The notes below the pieces were generated by a model. That model did no database searches. It was not told where the DNA came from and was given only the letters and a program-made list of their open reading frames with translations. Below, one piece after another: positions 9,380 to 19,960 of a DNA stretch of 64,000 bases (position 1 is its first letter; every line of letters begins with the position of its first letter). Made by a program: the position numbers and the translations under genes. The stretch is from an uncultured Gammaproteobacteria bacterium. GTDB taxonomy: Bacteria; Pseudomonadota; Gammaproteobacteria; CAWCPV01. The DNA is taken from NCBI GenBank assembly GCA_963797555.1, contig CAWCPV010000009.1:192001-256000 (forward strand), written 5' to 3'.

Positions 9380-11356
9380 CTAGACTGCAGCAGCCGGCCG
9401 CGAGATTCCCTCGGGCTCGCCGGGGGCCGGTTTGATGAGCTGCTTGTACGCGACCTTCTTCAGGTTCCACTTGCCGGTGTTGCGGTCGTAAACGGAGTTC
9501 ACGAAACACTTCCAGTTCTGGTCGTCGATCTTCATGAAGTCCGCGCGGTAGTAGTAACCCGGATAGCGGGTCTCCTCGCGGAACTGGATGTGCTTCATGT
9601 GCGCTTCCGCGGCGATGATGCGGTGATAGTTCTCCCAAGCGCGGAGCAGCTCGTGAAGGTCCTTGGCCCGCATCTTCAGGGAGTCTTCCTTGAGCATCTG
9701 CAGCTTGCGCTCGGCCACCTCCAGCATCTTGGCGTTGGTCTGGTAGAAGGTCGAGGTGCCGCCCACATACTCGTCCATGATCTTCTGCAGGCGGAACTGC
9801 AGCATCTTGGGGGTGATGTAGTGCGGGTTGATGTCGATGGCCGTGGTGTAGTCCTTGTGCTCCAGGAAGGTGCGCACGGGACGGTAGATCTCTTCCAGCA
9901 GCTCGTCCACCGAGCGCGCCATCTCGGGCTTCCAGGTCTTGTTATCCATGACGAACTTGACCATGGCCTTGGCGGCGATGCGCCCCTCGGTATGGGACCC
10001 GGAGGAGAACTTGTGGCCGGAGGCGCCGACGCCGTCGCCCGCGGTGAACAGACCCTTCACCGTGGTCATGCGGCTGTAGCCCCAATGATAGTGATCGGGG
10101 GTGCCGGGGATGTCCGCGGGACCGGAGACCCAGATGCCGGCGCATCCCGCGTGGGAGCCGAGCAGGTAGGGCTCGGTGGGCATCAGCTCGGACATCTCCT
10201 TGTCGGGCTCGATGTTCTCGCCCGCCCACACGCCGCACTGGCCGATGGTCATGTCCAGGAAGTCTTCCCAAGCCTCGGCCTCGAGGTGCTTGATCTCCTT
10301 GGGAGTCATGGTCTCGGCCAGCTTGGCCATGGCGCTCGGGGTATCCATGAGGATGGGACCGCGGCCTTCCTTCATCTCTTTCATCATGAGATGGTTGCGC
10401 AGGCAGGTTCCCATCTTGGCGCCTTCGGCATATGCGTCGTAGCCGTGGTCCTTGAGGATGTGGGCGTTCTTGGTCTGGTAGTCCTCGCCCATGGCGTTCA
10501 TGGCCTTCGCCTTGAACAGCAGGAACCAGGCGCCCACCGGGCCGTAGCCGTCCTTGAAGCGGGCCGGCACGAAGCGGTTCTCCATCATGGTCATCTCGGC
10601 CCCGCACTCGGCCGCCATGGCGTAGGTGGAGCCCGCATTCCACACCGGATACCAGGCGCGGCCCGTGCCCTCGCCTACGGAGCGGGGACGGAACACGTTC
10701 ACGGCGCCGCCCGCGGCCAGCAGACAGGCCTTGAACTTGTAAATGAACAGCTTGTTCTCGCGGACGCTGAAGCCGGCGGCACCCGCGACGCGGCTCGGAT
10801 CGTTCTTGTCGGTCACCAGGCGCACGATGAACACGCGCTCCTCGATGTTGTCCATGCCGAGCGCCTTCTTGGCCGCCTCGGCCACGATCCACTTGTAGGA
10901 CTCGCCGTTGATCATGATCTGCCAGCGCCCGGAGCGCACCGGCTTGCCGCCCTCGGTGAGGCGCTTGCCTTCATCGCCGGGCTGCTTCCACACCGGCAGG
11001 CCCCACTCCTCGAAGTGGTGGACGGAGTCGTCCACGTGACGGCCCACGTCGTACACCAGATCCTCGCGGATGATGCCCATCAGGTCGCCACGCACGTAAC
11101 GCACGTAGTCGGCCGGGTCGTTCTCGCCCATGTAAGTGTTGATGGCCGAAAGACCCTGCGCCACAGCCCCGGACCGGTCGACGGCAGCCTTGTCCACCAG
11201 CTTAACCTTGATGTCGACACCCTGCTGCTTGGCCTTCTCGATCCAGCGCATGACCTCGAAGGCGGCGCCGCAACAGGCCATGCCGCCGCCGATGAGGAGG
11301 ATATCGACCTCTTCTTCCACAATCTGTGGGTTACCGAACCCGTATTGATCTGCCAT
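9380..11356 (-). CDS. aprA: Adenylylsulfate reductase alpha subunit
   Basis: RSGAVAQGLSAINTY, WQIMINGESYK, GHKFSSGS and EETRYPGYYYR motifs. Confidence 0.98.
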   Translation of the reverse strand: MADQYGFGNPQIVEEEVDILLIGGGMACCGAAFEVMRWIEKAKQQGVDIKVKLVDKAAVDRSGAVAQGLSAINTYMGENDPADYVRYVRGDLMGIIREDLVYDVGRHVDDSVHHFEEWGLPVWKQPGDEGKRLTEGGKPVRSGRWQIMINGESYKWIVAEAAKKALGMDNIEERVFIVRLVTDKNDPSRVAGAAGFSVRENKLFIYKFKACLLAAGGAVNVFRPRSVGEGTGRAWYPVWNAGSTYAMAAECGAEMTMMENRFVPARFKDGYGPVGAWFLLFKAKAMNAMGEDYQTKNAHILKDHGYDAYAEGAKMGTCLRNHLMMKEMKEGRGPILMDTPSAMAKLAETMTPKEIKHLEAEAWEDFLDMTIGQCGVWAGENIEPDKEMSELMPTEPYLLGSHAGCAGIWVSGPADIPGTPDHYHWGYSRMTTVKGLFTAGDGVGASGHKFSSGSHTEGRIAAKAMVKFVMDNKTWKPEMARSVDELLEEIYRPVRTFLEHKDYTTAIDINPHYITPKMLQFRLQKIMDEYVGGTSTFYQTNAKMLEVAERKLQMLKEDSLKMRAKDLHELLRAWENYHRIIAAEAHMKHIQFREETRYPGYYYRADFMKIDDQNWKCFVNSVYDRNTGKWNLKKVAYKQLIKPAPGEPEGISRPAAAV

Positions 11357-11448
11357 TGCTACTTTCCCTCTGTCTTACGAATCCAACGCGGACCCGCCTC
11401 GACGAGGTCCGTGTCCCGCATAACGGCGGTGCCGAAGCGCGCAGCCGC

Positions 11449-11913
11449 TTAGCCTGCCGCGAACTGGCTCGTGTCGCAGGTGTGGGTGCCCTTGGTGAAC
11501 AGTGAGCCGTGGTCGGTGATCTCGCCCAGGTTCGCGTCGGGCTTACCCGCATAGGGCTGGATGGAGCCTTCAGGGGTGGTGCGGATGGGGAACTTGAACC
11601 GCTTCATGTTGCCGTTGCGGAAGCGGATGGTCCACATGATGGAGTCGGACCCGCGCAGCGGCTGCACCATGGCGCCGAGCGGCACCACGTCGGCGTAGTG
11701 GCGCACCTCGATGGCGTTCTGCGGGCAGATCTTCACGCAGGAATAGCACTCCCAGCACTGCTCCGGCTCCTGGTTGAAGGCTTTCATGGCGTGGCCGGTC
11801 AGCGAGCCATCCTTGTCCAGCAGCATCAGGTCGTGGGGGCAGATGTACATGCAGGCGGTCTTGTCCTGACCCTTGCAGCCATCACACTTGTCGGTACGTA
11901 CGTAGGTGGGCAT
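11449..11913 (-). CDS. aprB: Adenylylsulfate reductase beta subunit
   Basis: CDGCKGQDKTACMYICP, CWECYSCVKICP and KRFKFPIRTT motifs. Confidence 0.98.
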   Translation of the reverse strand: MPTYVRTDKCDGCKGQDKTACMYICPHDLMLLDKDGSLTGHAMKAFNQEPEQCWECYSCVKICPQNAIEVRHYADVVPLGAMVQPLRGSDSIMWTIRFRNGNMKRFKFPIRTTPEGSIQPYAGKPDANLGEITDHGSLFTKGTHTCDTSQFAAG

Positions 11914-11985
11914 CGAACTCCTCCGCGTCAGTTGACTGCAACACCACTGGTCGGTACGACCGGCGGATCGTTAAGAACGTAACGG

Positions 11986-13204
11986 TCAGCGGGCCGAATG
12001 ACCCGTCAACTTGACCTCGACCTTCTCGTGCTCGGCGAGACTTCCGTAATACTTCCGCAGGACGGCGAGCACCTCCGCGCGGCTGAACTCGGCCGGCACT
12101 TCCCCGCCCTCGGACAGAGCCTTGCGGAGCTTGGTGCCGGACAGCAGCAGCCGGTCCTCGGCCCGATGCGGGCAGGTCTTCATGGAGGCCATGCCGCCGC
12201 ACTTGTAGCACCAGAAGGTCCAGTCGATCTTGAGCGGCTTGGTCTCCAGCGCGTCCTTGGGAATCTCGTCGAAGATATGGTGGGCGTCGAAGGGGCCGTA
12301 GTAGTCGCCCACGCCGGCGTGGTCACGGCCGACGATGAGGTGCGAGCAGCCGTAGTTCTGGCGGAACAGGGCGTGCAACAGCGCCTCGCGCGGCCCTGCG
12401 TAGCGCATGTCCAGGGGGTAGCCGGCCTGCACCACGGTGTTCTTCACGAAGTAGTTTTCCACCAGGGTGTTAATCGCCTCGGCGCGCACCTCGGCGGGAA
12501 TGTCACCCGGCTTCAGCTTGCCGAGCAGCGAGTGGATCAGCACCCCGTCGCAGATCTCCACCGCAATCTTGGCGAGATACTCATGGGAGCGGTGCATGGG
12601 GTTGCGCGTTTGGAACGCGGCGACCGTGCTCCAGCCCTTGGACTCGAACAGCGCCCGGGTCTGGGCCGGGGTCATGTAGATATCGGGGTACTTGGTGGGG
12701 AATTCCCCTTGGGACAGCACCTTGACCGGACCCGCCAGGTTCACCTCCCCCTGCTCCATCAGCATCTTCACGCCGGGGTGGCCGCCGTCCGTGGTCTTGT
12801 ACACCATGACAGCTTCGTGCTCCTTGTCGATGGTGTACTTCTCGGTGATCTTCATGGTCGCCAGGGTCTCGCCGCTCTCGCGGTCCACCAAGGCGACGTT
12901 CCGAGCCGACCTTGACCGAGTCGGCCGTGGACGGGTCCGTCGACAGGGTGATGGGGATCGGCCAGAACAGACCGTTGGCGGTGTGATAGCCGTCACACAC
13001 CCCTGCCCAGTCGGCCCGGGTCATGAACCCTTCCAACGGGGTGAAGCCGCCGATACCCATCATGATCAGGTCTCCCGTCTCGCGGGAAGAGATGTGCACC
13101 TTGGGCAGGGTGGCGGCGCGGGCTTGCTCTTGCTCCAAGCGCTCGCCGGTAAGCAGCAGCGGCTTGAGATCTCCCCCGCCGTGGGGTTTCACTAGCTTCG
13201 ACAT
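11986..13204 (-). CDS. sat: Sulfate adenylyltransferase with one apparent frameshift near 12900
   Basis: N-terminus [10 protein letters not shown]...FWPIPITL in one frame; [20 protein letters not shown] and VGRDHAGVG in another. Confidence 0.93.
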
Positions 13205-13482
13205 GAGGCTTCCTCAGAGTGACCGAATCCTGGTGGGGCGCCCCGAGGCGGGGCACGTGACGACCCGCGGTACTTAAAGATCGGGCACTATATAGCGCCG
13301 TCCAGTAGATGCCAAGCAGGTTTATCTTCTCAGCACATAAAGAAGGCTTATGGTTGGGGACCTTGCGGGCGCGCCGTGCCGACTTCAGCGGATGGCGCCG
13401 GGGCACGCTCGCTGGGCGTCGCTAAGGGACGGGCATCGCGGTCTAACGCAGCCGCCCCCCGCGCGCTAGATGCCGCCCGTCG

Positions 13483-14853
13483 CTAGCCGACCCACACCGT
13501 CTTGGCGTTCACGAACTCGCGCAGGCCGTGGTGAGACAGCTCCCGCCCGTAGCCCGATGCCTTCACGCCTCCGAAGGGCAGCCGTGGGTCGCTCTTTACC
13601 ATCGCGTTGACGAACGCGCAGCCGCACTGGAGCTGCCGGGCGACGCGCTCGCCGCGCGCGGCGTCACGTGTCCAGACGCTGCCCCCGAGTCCGTACCGGG
13701 AATCGTTGGCGAGGCGCACCGCCTCGGTCTCGTCCGCTGCGCGGATGACGCTGCCCACGGGCCCGAACAGCTCCTCCTCGTACGCAAGCATGCCCGGCCG
13801 CACCCGGTCGAGGACGGAGGGCGCGTAGTAGTAACCCGGGCGGAGCAGGGGCGCGCAGCCGGTCACCGGCACCGCCCCGCGCTCGATGCTCTGCATCACT
13901 TGTTGGTGCAGCGCGTCACGCAGGTCCGAGCGGGCCAGCGGCGCCAGCGTCGTGGAGTCGTCCATGGGGTCCCCCGCCACGAGGTTTTCGGCCTCTTCGC
14001 GAAACCGCTCCACGAACTCGTCGCCGATGGCGTCCACGACGACGAAGCGTTTCGCGGCGATACAGCTCTGCCCTGCGTTGAGGTAGCGGGCGGCCGCCGC
14101 CGTGCGGGCGGTCGCATCGAGATCGGCATCTTCCAAGACGACGAAGGGGTCCGACCCTCCCAACTCCAGCACCGTCTTCTTCAGCGCGCCTCCCGCCAGC
14201 GCTGCCACCTTGCGCCCCGCTGACTCGCTTCCGGTCAGCGTCACGGCATGCACACGCGGGTCCTCGATGAGCTGGCGCAGGTGGGCGCCCGCCGATGTGA
14301 CCAACAGCGTCTGGAATACCCCCTCCGGCATACCTGCATCCGCCATGAGTTCCTCGATGGCGAGCGCGCACTGGGGCACGTTGGAGGCGTGCTTGAGCAG
14401 GGCCGTGTTGCCGGCGGCGAGGGCGGGCGCCGCAAAGCGGAATACCTGCCAGAACGGAAAGTTCCACGGCATGATGGCCAGCACGGTACCCAGGGGCTGG
14501 TAGGCGACGTAGCTGCGGCGTGCTTCGGTCGGCACCGGCTCGTCCTCCAGCCAGTCGCGCGCCTGCTGCGCGTAGTGATCGCAAACCCAGGCGCATTTCT
14601 CCACCTCGGCGCGGGACTCCTTGAAGAGCTTGCCCATCTCCCCGGTCATGAGTGCGGCCAACTCGTCCCGGCGCCTGCGCAGCACCTCGGCGACCCGCGC
14701 CAGGTGGCTGCCGCGCTCCTCGACGGCGAGCGCTCCCCAGGCTGGGGCGGACCTGGCGGCCTGGGCGAGTGCGCGCTCGATCCGGGCATCACCCCAGGCG
14801 TCCAGCCGCCTCAGCAGGGAACCGTCCGATGGGTTGATGGATTCCAGAGCCAT
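13483..14853 (-). CDS. gabD: NAD-dependent succinate-semialdehyde dehydrogenase (ALDH family)
   Basis: MPWNFP, LELGGSDP, NAGQSCIAAKR, EELFGP and PFGGVKASGYGREL motifs. Confidence 0.88.
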   Translation of the reverse strand: MALESINPSDGSLLRRLDAWGDARIERALAQAARSAPAWGALAVEERGSHLARVAEVLRRRRDELAALMTGEMGKLFKESRAEVEKCAWVCDHYAQQARDWLEDEPVPTEARRSYVAYQPLGTVLAIMPWNFPFWQVFRFAAPALAAGNTALLKHASNVPQCALAIEELMADAGMPEGVFQTLLVTSAGAHLRQLIEDPRVHAVTLTGSESAGRKVAALAGGALKKTVLELGGSDPFVVLEDADLDATARTAAAARYLNAGQSCIAAKRFVVVDAIGDEFVERFREEAENLVAGDPMDDSTTLAPLARSDLRDALHQQVMQSIERGAVPVTGCAPLLRPGYYYAPSVLDRVRPGMLAYEEELFGPVGSVIRAADETEAVRLANDSRYGLGGSVWTRDAARGERVARQLQCGCAFVNAMVKSDPRLPFGGVKASGYGRELSHHGLREFVNAKTVWVG

Positions 14854-15188
14854 AACGCCGTCCTCCTGGGCGCGCCACGCCGTCGGGCAACGGATCGGCG
14901 TCGCGCCGCCGTTCACTCCCCGCGCGTCTAAGGTAACAGAGGGTACGGTGCTAGAATAGGCTGCATTGCTTGCCGCCCGACCGGCTCAGGGCGGCTTTCC
15001 TGCACCGTGCACCATGGAAATGTTTGCTGCGCCACGGTGAGCAAATCTGCTGCGCGTCCCGATAGCCGCGTTGCGCGGTGCCAGCTTCTCGCCTATCGAC
15101 TGGATATGTGTCGTCGCCGCGCTCCGTGCGCCTCGCCCTCGGGCCGCTCGCGACGATTTCTTCACCAGGTTCTGAGGACGAGACCCGT

Positions 15189-17195
15189 TTGATCTTCCCC
15201 CTCCGGCTGCGGGTTTTCTGTGTGCTGCTGGGCGCCCTGTACACGTCAGGAGCGGTCAAGGACGCCCAGTGGGTCCACGAGCGCGAGCTGTTCTTGGAGG
15301 CGCGCAGCGCGCTCGCCGCCGGCGACAGGGCGACCTACCTCGATCTGCTGAAGGCCGTCCGGGACTATCCCCTGGTGGGCTATCTGCGCTACGAGGACCT
15401 GGAGAATCGGCTGGCCGATGCTACCGATGAGGAGATCGAGGTGTTTCTCGAGATCTACGGGGACTCACCGATCAGCGGGCGGCTGCGCAACGATTGGCTC
15501 GCTCGGCTCGCCGCCCAGGGGCGGTGGGACAAGTACCTGGAGGTGTACCAGGGAGATCAGGGTGCGGAGCTGCAGTGCTACCGCCTCCAGGCGCTGCTGC
15601 AGACGGGCAAGCGTGCCGCTGCCCTCGACAGCGTCGATGCCCTCTGGATGAACGGTCATCCCCGGCCCAGCGCCTGTGAGCCCGTCTTCTCCGCCTGGCG
15701 TGAAGAGGGCAGGATGACGGCCGACAAGGTCTGGAGGCGTATCCGTCTGGCGGTGGGGGACGGGCAGTGGGGTCTGGTCGGCTATCTGTCCACCTTCCTC
15801 AGCCCCGAGGATCGCCGGTGGGTCGAGGTGTGGAGGCGTGTCGACCGGGACCCCGGGGACGGCCTGAAGCAGCACGAGCTGCAGGGCAGCGAGCCCTTGG
15901 GGCGCGAGATCATCGCCTACGGGCTTCATCGCCTGGCGCAGCACGACGCGGAGGGCGCGCAGGGCCGCTGGCAGGAGATCAGCGCGAGCCATCGCTTCCC
16001 GGTCTCCGAGAGCACGGCGGTGGAACGCGACATCGCCCTGCACGCGGCCTATCAGCACCACCCGCGCGCTGCGGAGTGGCTTGCGGCGGTTCGCGGCGAC
16101 GACGCCACCCTGCGCACCTGGCGCGTGCGGGCCGCGCTGCGGGGACAAGACTGGAACGAGGCACTGCGCTGGATCGCAACCCTAACGCCGGAAGAGCAGC
16201 GCCAAGAGGAGTGGCGCTACTGGAAGGGCCGAGCCCTGTCCGCCGTGGGCCGGGAAGCCGTGGCGCGCCCCGACTTGGAGCCGCTGTCCGCTACGCGCGA
16301 CTACTATGGCTTCCTCGCGGCCGACTGGCTCAAGCGGCCGTACGCGCTTCAGGACCGGCCCATTGCATACACCGAGGCCGAACTAAGGGCGGTGGAGTCC
16401 ATGCCGGGTATCACCCGTGCCCGCGAGCTGCTGACGGTCGGCATGACGGTGGATGCGCGACGCGAATGGCACGAGGCCACGCGCGACTTGGACAGCCGCC
16501 GGCTGCAATTCGCCGCGGTGCTGGCACGGCGCTGGGGCTGGCTCGACCAGGCGATCCTGACCGTGGCGCGGAGCGAGCACTTCGACGACCTGGGCCTTCG
16601 TTTCCCCGTTGCGCACCAGGAGATCGTGTTGGAGAACGCCGGCGTTCAGTCGCTGGACGCGGCGTGGGTGTACGGCATTTTGCGGCAGGAAAGCGCTTTC
16701 TGGACCGACGCCCGATCCGGTGCCGGAGCCATCGGGCTCATGCAGCTCATGCCGAGCACGGCGGCGGAGACGGCACGCAGGCTCGACGAGCGCCTCAGGG
16801 ATTCTTATGAGCTGGTGGACCCGGCGCGTAACATCCGCTTGGGCAGCGCCTACCTCAAACGCGTGCTCGATGCCTTCAACGGTCACGAGGTCCTGGCGAC
16901 CGCCGCATACAACGCCGGCCCGCGCCGGGTCAGGCGCTGGCTGCCGGACGCGCGGCCGCTGCCGGCGGACATCTGGGTCGACACCATTCCGCTCAGCGAG
17001 ACCCGGAAGTACGTCAAGCACGTCCTGGAGTACACGGCGGTCTACGGCGAGCGCCTCGGGCAGCAGCTCAAGCGGCTCGCGGATCGCATGCCGCCGGTGC
17101 CCCCGAACGCCCTGGCCTTGACCACGGACCCTCCGGTGGACAAAATTCCTTCCCCGGACGGCGTCCCGCCTCGCCGCAGGCTCAATCGACCATGA
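15189..17195 (+). CDS. slt: Soluble lytic murein transglycosylase (Slt70-like)
   Basis: RQES, GAIGLMQLMP, AAYNAGP and ETRKYV motifs; start codon uncertain. Confidence 0.92.
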   Translation: MIFPLRLRVFCVLLGALYTSGAVKDAQWVHERELFLEARSALAAGDRATYLDLLKAVRDYPLVGYLRYEDLENRLADATDEEIEVFLEIYGDSPISGRLRNDWLARLAAQGRWDKYLEVYQGDQGAELQCYRLQALLQTGKRAAALDSVDALWMNGHPRPSACEPVFSAWREEGRMTADKVWRRIRLAVGDGQWGLVGYLSTFLSPEDRRWVEVWRRVDRDPGDGLKQHELQGSEPLGREIIAYGLHRLAQHDAEGAQGRWQEISASHRFPVSESTAVERDIALHAAYQHHPRAAEWLAAVRGDDATLRTWRVRAALRGQDWNEALRWIATLTPEEQRQEEWRYWKGRALSAVGREAVARPDLEPLSATRDYYGFLAADWLKRPYALQDRPIAYTEAELRAVESMPGITRARELLTVGMTVDARREWHEATRDLDSRRLQFAAVLARRWGWLDQAILTVARSEHFDDLGLRFPVAHQEIVLENAGVQSLDAAWVYGILRQESAFWTDARSGAGAIGLMQLMPSTAAETARRLDERLRDSYELVDPARNIRLGSAYLKRVLDAFNGHEVLATAAYNAGPRRVRRWLPDARPLPADIWVDTIPLSETRKYVKHVLEYTAVYGERLGQQLKRLADRMPPVPPNALALTTDPPVDKIPSPDGVPPRRRLNRP

Positions 17196-18157
17196 ACATC
17201 CAGACCATCTGCGTGCTCGGCGGCACCGGCTTCGTCGGACGCCACCTGCTCAACCGGCTGATGGCGGACGGCTACCGTCTGCGGGCGCTCACTCGGCACC
17301 GGGAGCGTCACCGCGACCTGCTGGTCCTGCCCACCCTGGAGCTCGTAGAAGCAGACGTCCAAGACCGGGCGACGCTGGCAGCGCAGTTCGCCGGGTGCGA
17401 CGCCGTCATCAACCTCGTGGGGATACTCAACGAGCGTGGTCGGAACGGCAAGGATTTCCACCGCGTGCACGTAGAGCTGCCCCGCAGGGTGGCCGCGGCG
17501 TGCCTGGAGACCGGGGTCCCGCGCCTGCTGCACATGAGCGCGTTGCACGCGGATGCCGAAAAGGGGCCGAGCATCTACCTGCGCACCAAGGGCGAAGGAG
17601 AGGATCTGGTGCACGCGGCGGAAGGCCGGGGCCTGCAGGTGACCAGCTTCCGGCCTTCGGTGATCTTCGGCCCCGGAGACAGCTTCTTCAACCGCTTCGC
17701 GACACTGCTCAAGCTCGCCCCCGGCATCTTTCCCCTGGCGTGCCCGGACGCGCGATTCGCGCCCGTCTACGTGGGAGACCTCACCGAATGCTTCGCAGGC
17801 GCCCTCAAGGAACGCGCCACCGCCGGCCAGCGCTACGATCTCTGTGGTCCGCAGATCTACAGTCTGAAGGAGTTGGTCCAGTACACCGCCCGTGTAGCGC
17901 GGCTGCACCGCCTCGTCGTGGGTCTCGGCGACCGCATGTCCTACCTCCAGGCGCGGTTGCTACAGCACGTACCGGGCAGGCCCTTCTCCGTGGACAACTA
18001 CCTGTCGCTGCAGGTGGACAGCATCTGCGAAGGACCGTTTCCCGGGGTATTCGGCCTGTCGCCTCAGTCCATAGAAGCGGTCGTACCCGGTTATCTGGCC
18101 GGCGGCACGCAGCGTGCTCGCTACGGCCTCTACCGCCGCAAGGCGGGGCGCGACTGA
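17192..18157 (+). CDS. NDUFA9-like NAD-dependent epimerase/SDR
   Basis: GGTGFVG, INLVGIL, HMSAL, YLRTKGEGE and RPSVIFG motifs. Confidence 0.88.
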   Translation: MNIQTICVLGGTGFVGRHLLNRLMADGYRLRALTRHRERHRDLLVLPTLELVEADVQDRATLAAQFAGCDAVINLVGILNERGRNGKDFHRVHVELPRRVAAACLETGVPRLLHMSALHADAEKGPSIYLRTKGEGEDLVHAAEGRGLQVTSFRPSVIFGPGDSFFNRFATLLKLAPGIFPLACPDARFAPVYVGDLTECFAGALKERATAGQRYDLCGPQIYSLKELVQYTARVARLHRLVVGLGDRMSYLQARLLQHVPGRPFSVDNYLSLQVDSICEGPFPGVFGLSPQSIEAVVPGYLAGGTQRARYGLYRRKAGRD

Positions 18158-18361
18158 GGGACGCAGCCGCGCGCGGGTCCCCGCCCCCGAGGCGGCGTTC
18201 CGCGGGGCGCAGGAGCGGGTGGCCGCGGCCCAGGCGGAGGCCGGCTACGCCCAGGCGCATCGGTTTCGCTCTGCAAGGTGAGTTGCGTGTCCGAGGACGA
18301 GCGCGGCCGAGCCGAGGCCCGAGCCCGAGCGGCCCAGGCCCAACCTGCGCTCGGCCAAGCA

Positions 18362-18487
18362 GCAACGTCGGAGATCGGAGCACCAAGATTCTCGCTCGGA
18401 GGGGCAACGTCGAAGCTCCGAGCTTTGACACCGGAGCTCGGAGCCTCGACGCCGGAACTCGGACCTTGGAAGTCGGAGCGTTGCGCA
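18362..18487. repeat. Degenerate 21-bp tandem repeat, about 6 units
   Basis: Units such as GCAACGTCGGAGATCGGAGCA, GCAACGTCGAAGCTCCGAGCT, TTGACACCGGAGCTCGGAGCC. Confidence 0.55.
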
Positions 18488-19006
18488 CCCACGGAGGTCG
18501 CATCCGCTCCGATGAAGTACCGCCGCGCTCGATTTCGTCTCTCCGAGATCCAGCGACCGTGGCGTCCGCCTCCTTGACAGTCCCGTTAGCAGCCAGCAGA
18601 CTCGGTTCAGTTGGCAGCGCGCCCCCACCGGTTGGGCCGCAAGGGGGGCAAGCCGGCGGCATCGCGGTGTGGGATTGAAGAGGTGGCGGACAAGACCACC
18701 CGGAGAGACATGGGAGGCAGCAGCAAAGTTCCGGGTACTGTCGGCCAGCGGATCTCAGCGTACGGCGGGAGCAGGGATAGGCGGACGATGTCCGCCTATG
18801 CCCTCTGCGCAGGTTTTCCGCCTGAGCTTCTCACAGGGACCGTGCACAACGTAACCTGCTGTATACTGCGGGGAGTTGTCTCGGCCTGCGCTGTCATCAG
18901 GGCGAGGACGGGCGGAGGCGAGGGTGCGGGATAGGTGGACAATGTCCGTGTTTAAACACGGATGATGTCCGTCTACTCAGACTGTTAGGGCACCAAGGAT
19001 ACAGAC

Positions 19007-19834
19007 ATGATCGATGAATCGAATCATGACGACGAAATGGAACTACCCAAGGAAAGTAAAATCGCAAAATACTCGCGCGGAGCACTTCAAGCCGTAGGCG
19101 GTGCAGTGCCCTTCGTGGGCGGTGTATTCTCCGCAATTGCCGGGGCTTGGTCAGAAGGTGAACAAGAGAAGGTTAATCGCTTTTTTGAACACTGGGTTCG
19201 GATGCTCCAGGACGAGTTAAAAGAAAAAGAACAAACAATCATTGAAATAATGGCTCGCCTTGACCTCCAAAATGAAGCTATCGCGCAACGAGTAGAAAGC
19301 AAAGAATATCAGTCTCTTGTAAAGAAAACATTTCGCGAATGGGCAGGCGTAGAAAGCGAAGAAAAACGAGTATATATAAGAAACATACTATCAAATGCTG
19401 CAGCAACATCCCTAACCAGTGACGATGTGATACGCTTATTCATCGATTGGATAAGCAGTTATTCGGAAATGCATTTTCAAGTTATTGGAGCCATATACAA
19501 CAGTGGTGGCATAACTCGCGGTGGTATTTGGCGAAAAATTGGTAAAAGGCCTGTGCGTGAAGATTCTGCTGAAGCAGATTTATATAAGCTACTGTTTCGA
19601 GATCTGAGTACGGGTGGAATTATCAGACAGCACAGACAGGTGGACCGGTTTGGTAATTTCATCGCAAAACAACCACAGAAAAGCCCCAAGGGTAGTGGCC
19701 CAAAACCACTGGTATCGGGATTTGATAATAACGAGGGCTACGAGTTAACAGGCCTTGGACAGCAATTTGTTCACTATGCAATGAGTGAGTTGCCTCCAAA
19801 AATCGAGTTTCAACCAGAAGATGAGCAGCCCCAA
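19007..19834 (+). CDS. AT-rich hypothetical gene cassette (about 275 aa), stop codon apparently lost
   Basis: Preceded by GTTAGGG (18984-18990); ends at CCCCAAC, which would read CCC-TAA-C in an intact cassette. Confidence 0.7.
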
Positions 19835-19892
19835 CAATGGGCTCCAAGGGACGCTCCGCTTCGCTGCGCGCCCCTGAGCCCAAGCGTTCGGC
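19829..19892 (+). repeat. Integron attC site
   Basis: CCCCAAC...GCTCCAAGGG...CCCCTGAGC...GTTCGGC, a 64-bp imperfect palindrome. Confidence 0.75.
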
Positions 19893-19960
19893 GGGAATGG
19901 CTCGTCGACGTTTCGCACGGGCGTGGGGCCCTGTTTTATTCATCCAGGAGGTTCGGGACC

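Noticed and set aside
9050-11452. 800-aa + strand ORF and similar long shadow ORFs (e.g. 39216-41090, 24231-25511, 5650-6645)
   Set aside because: Antisense to well-supported genes; a high-GC codon artefact
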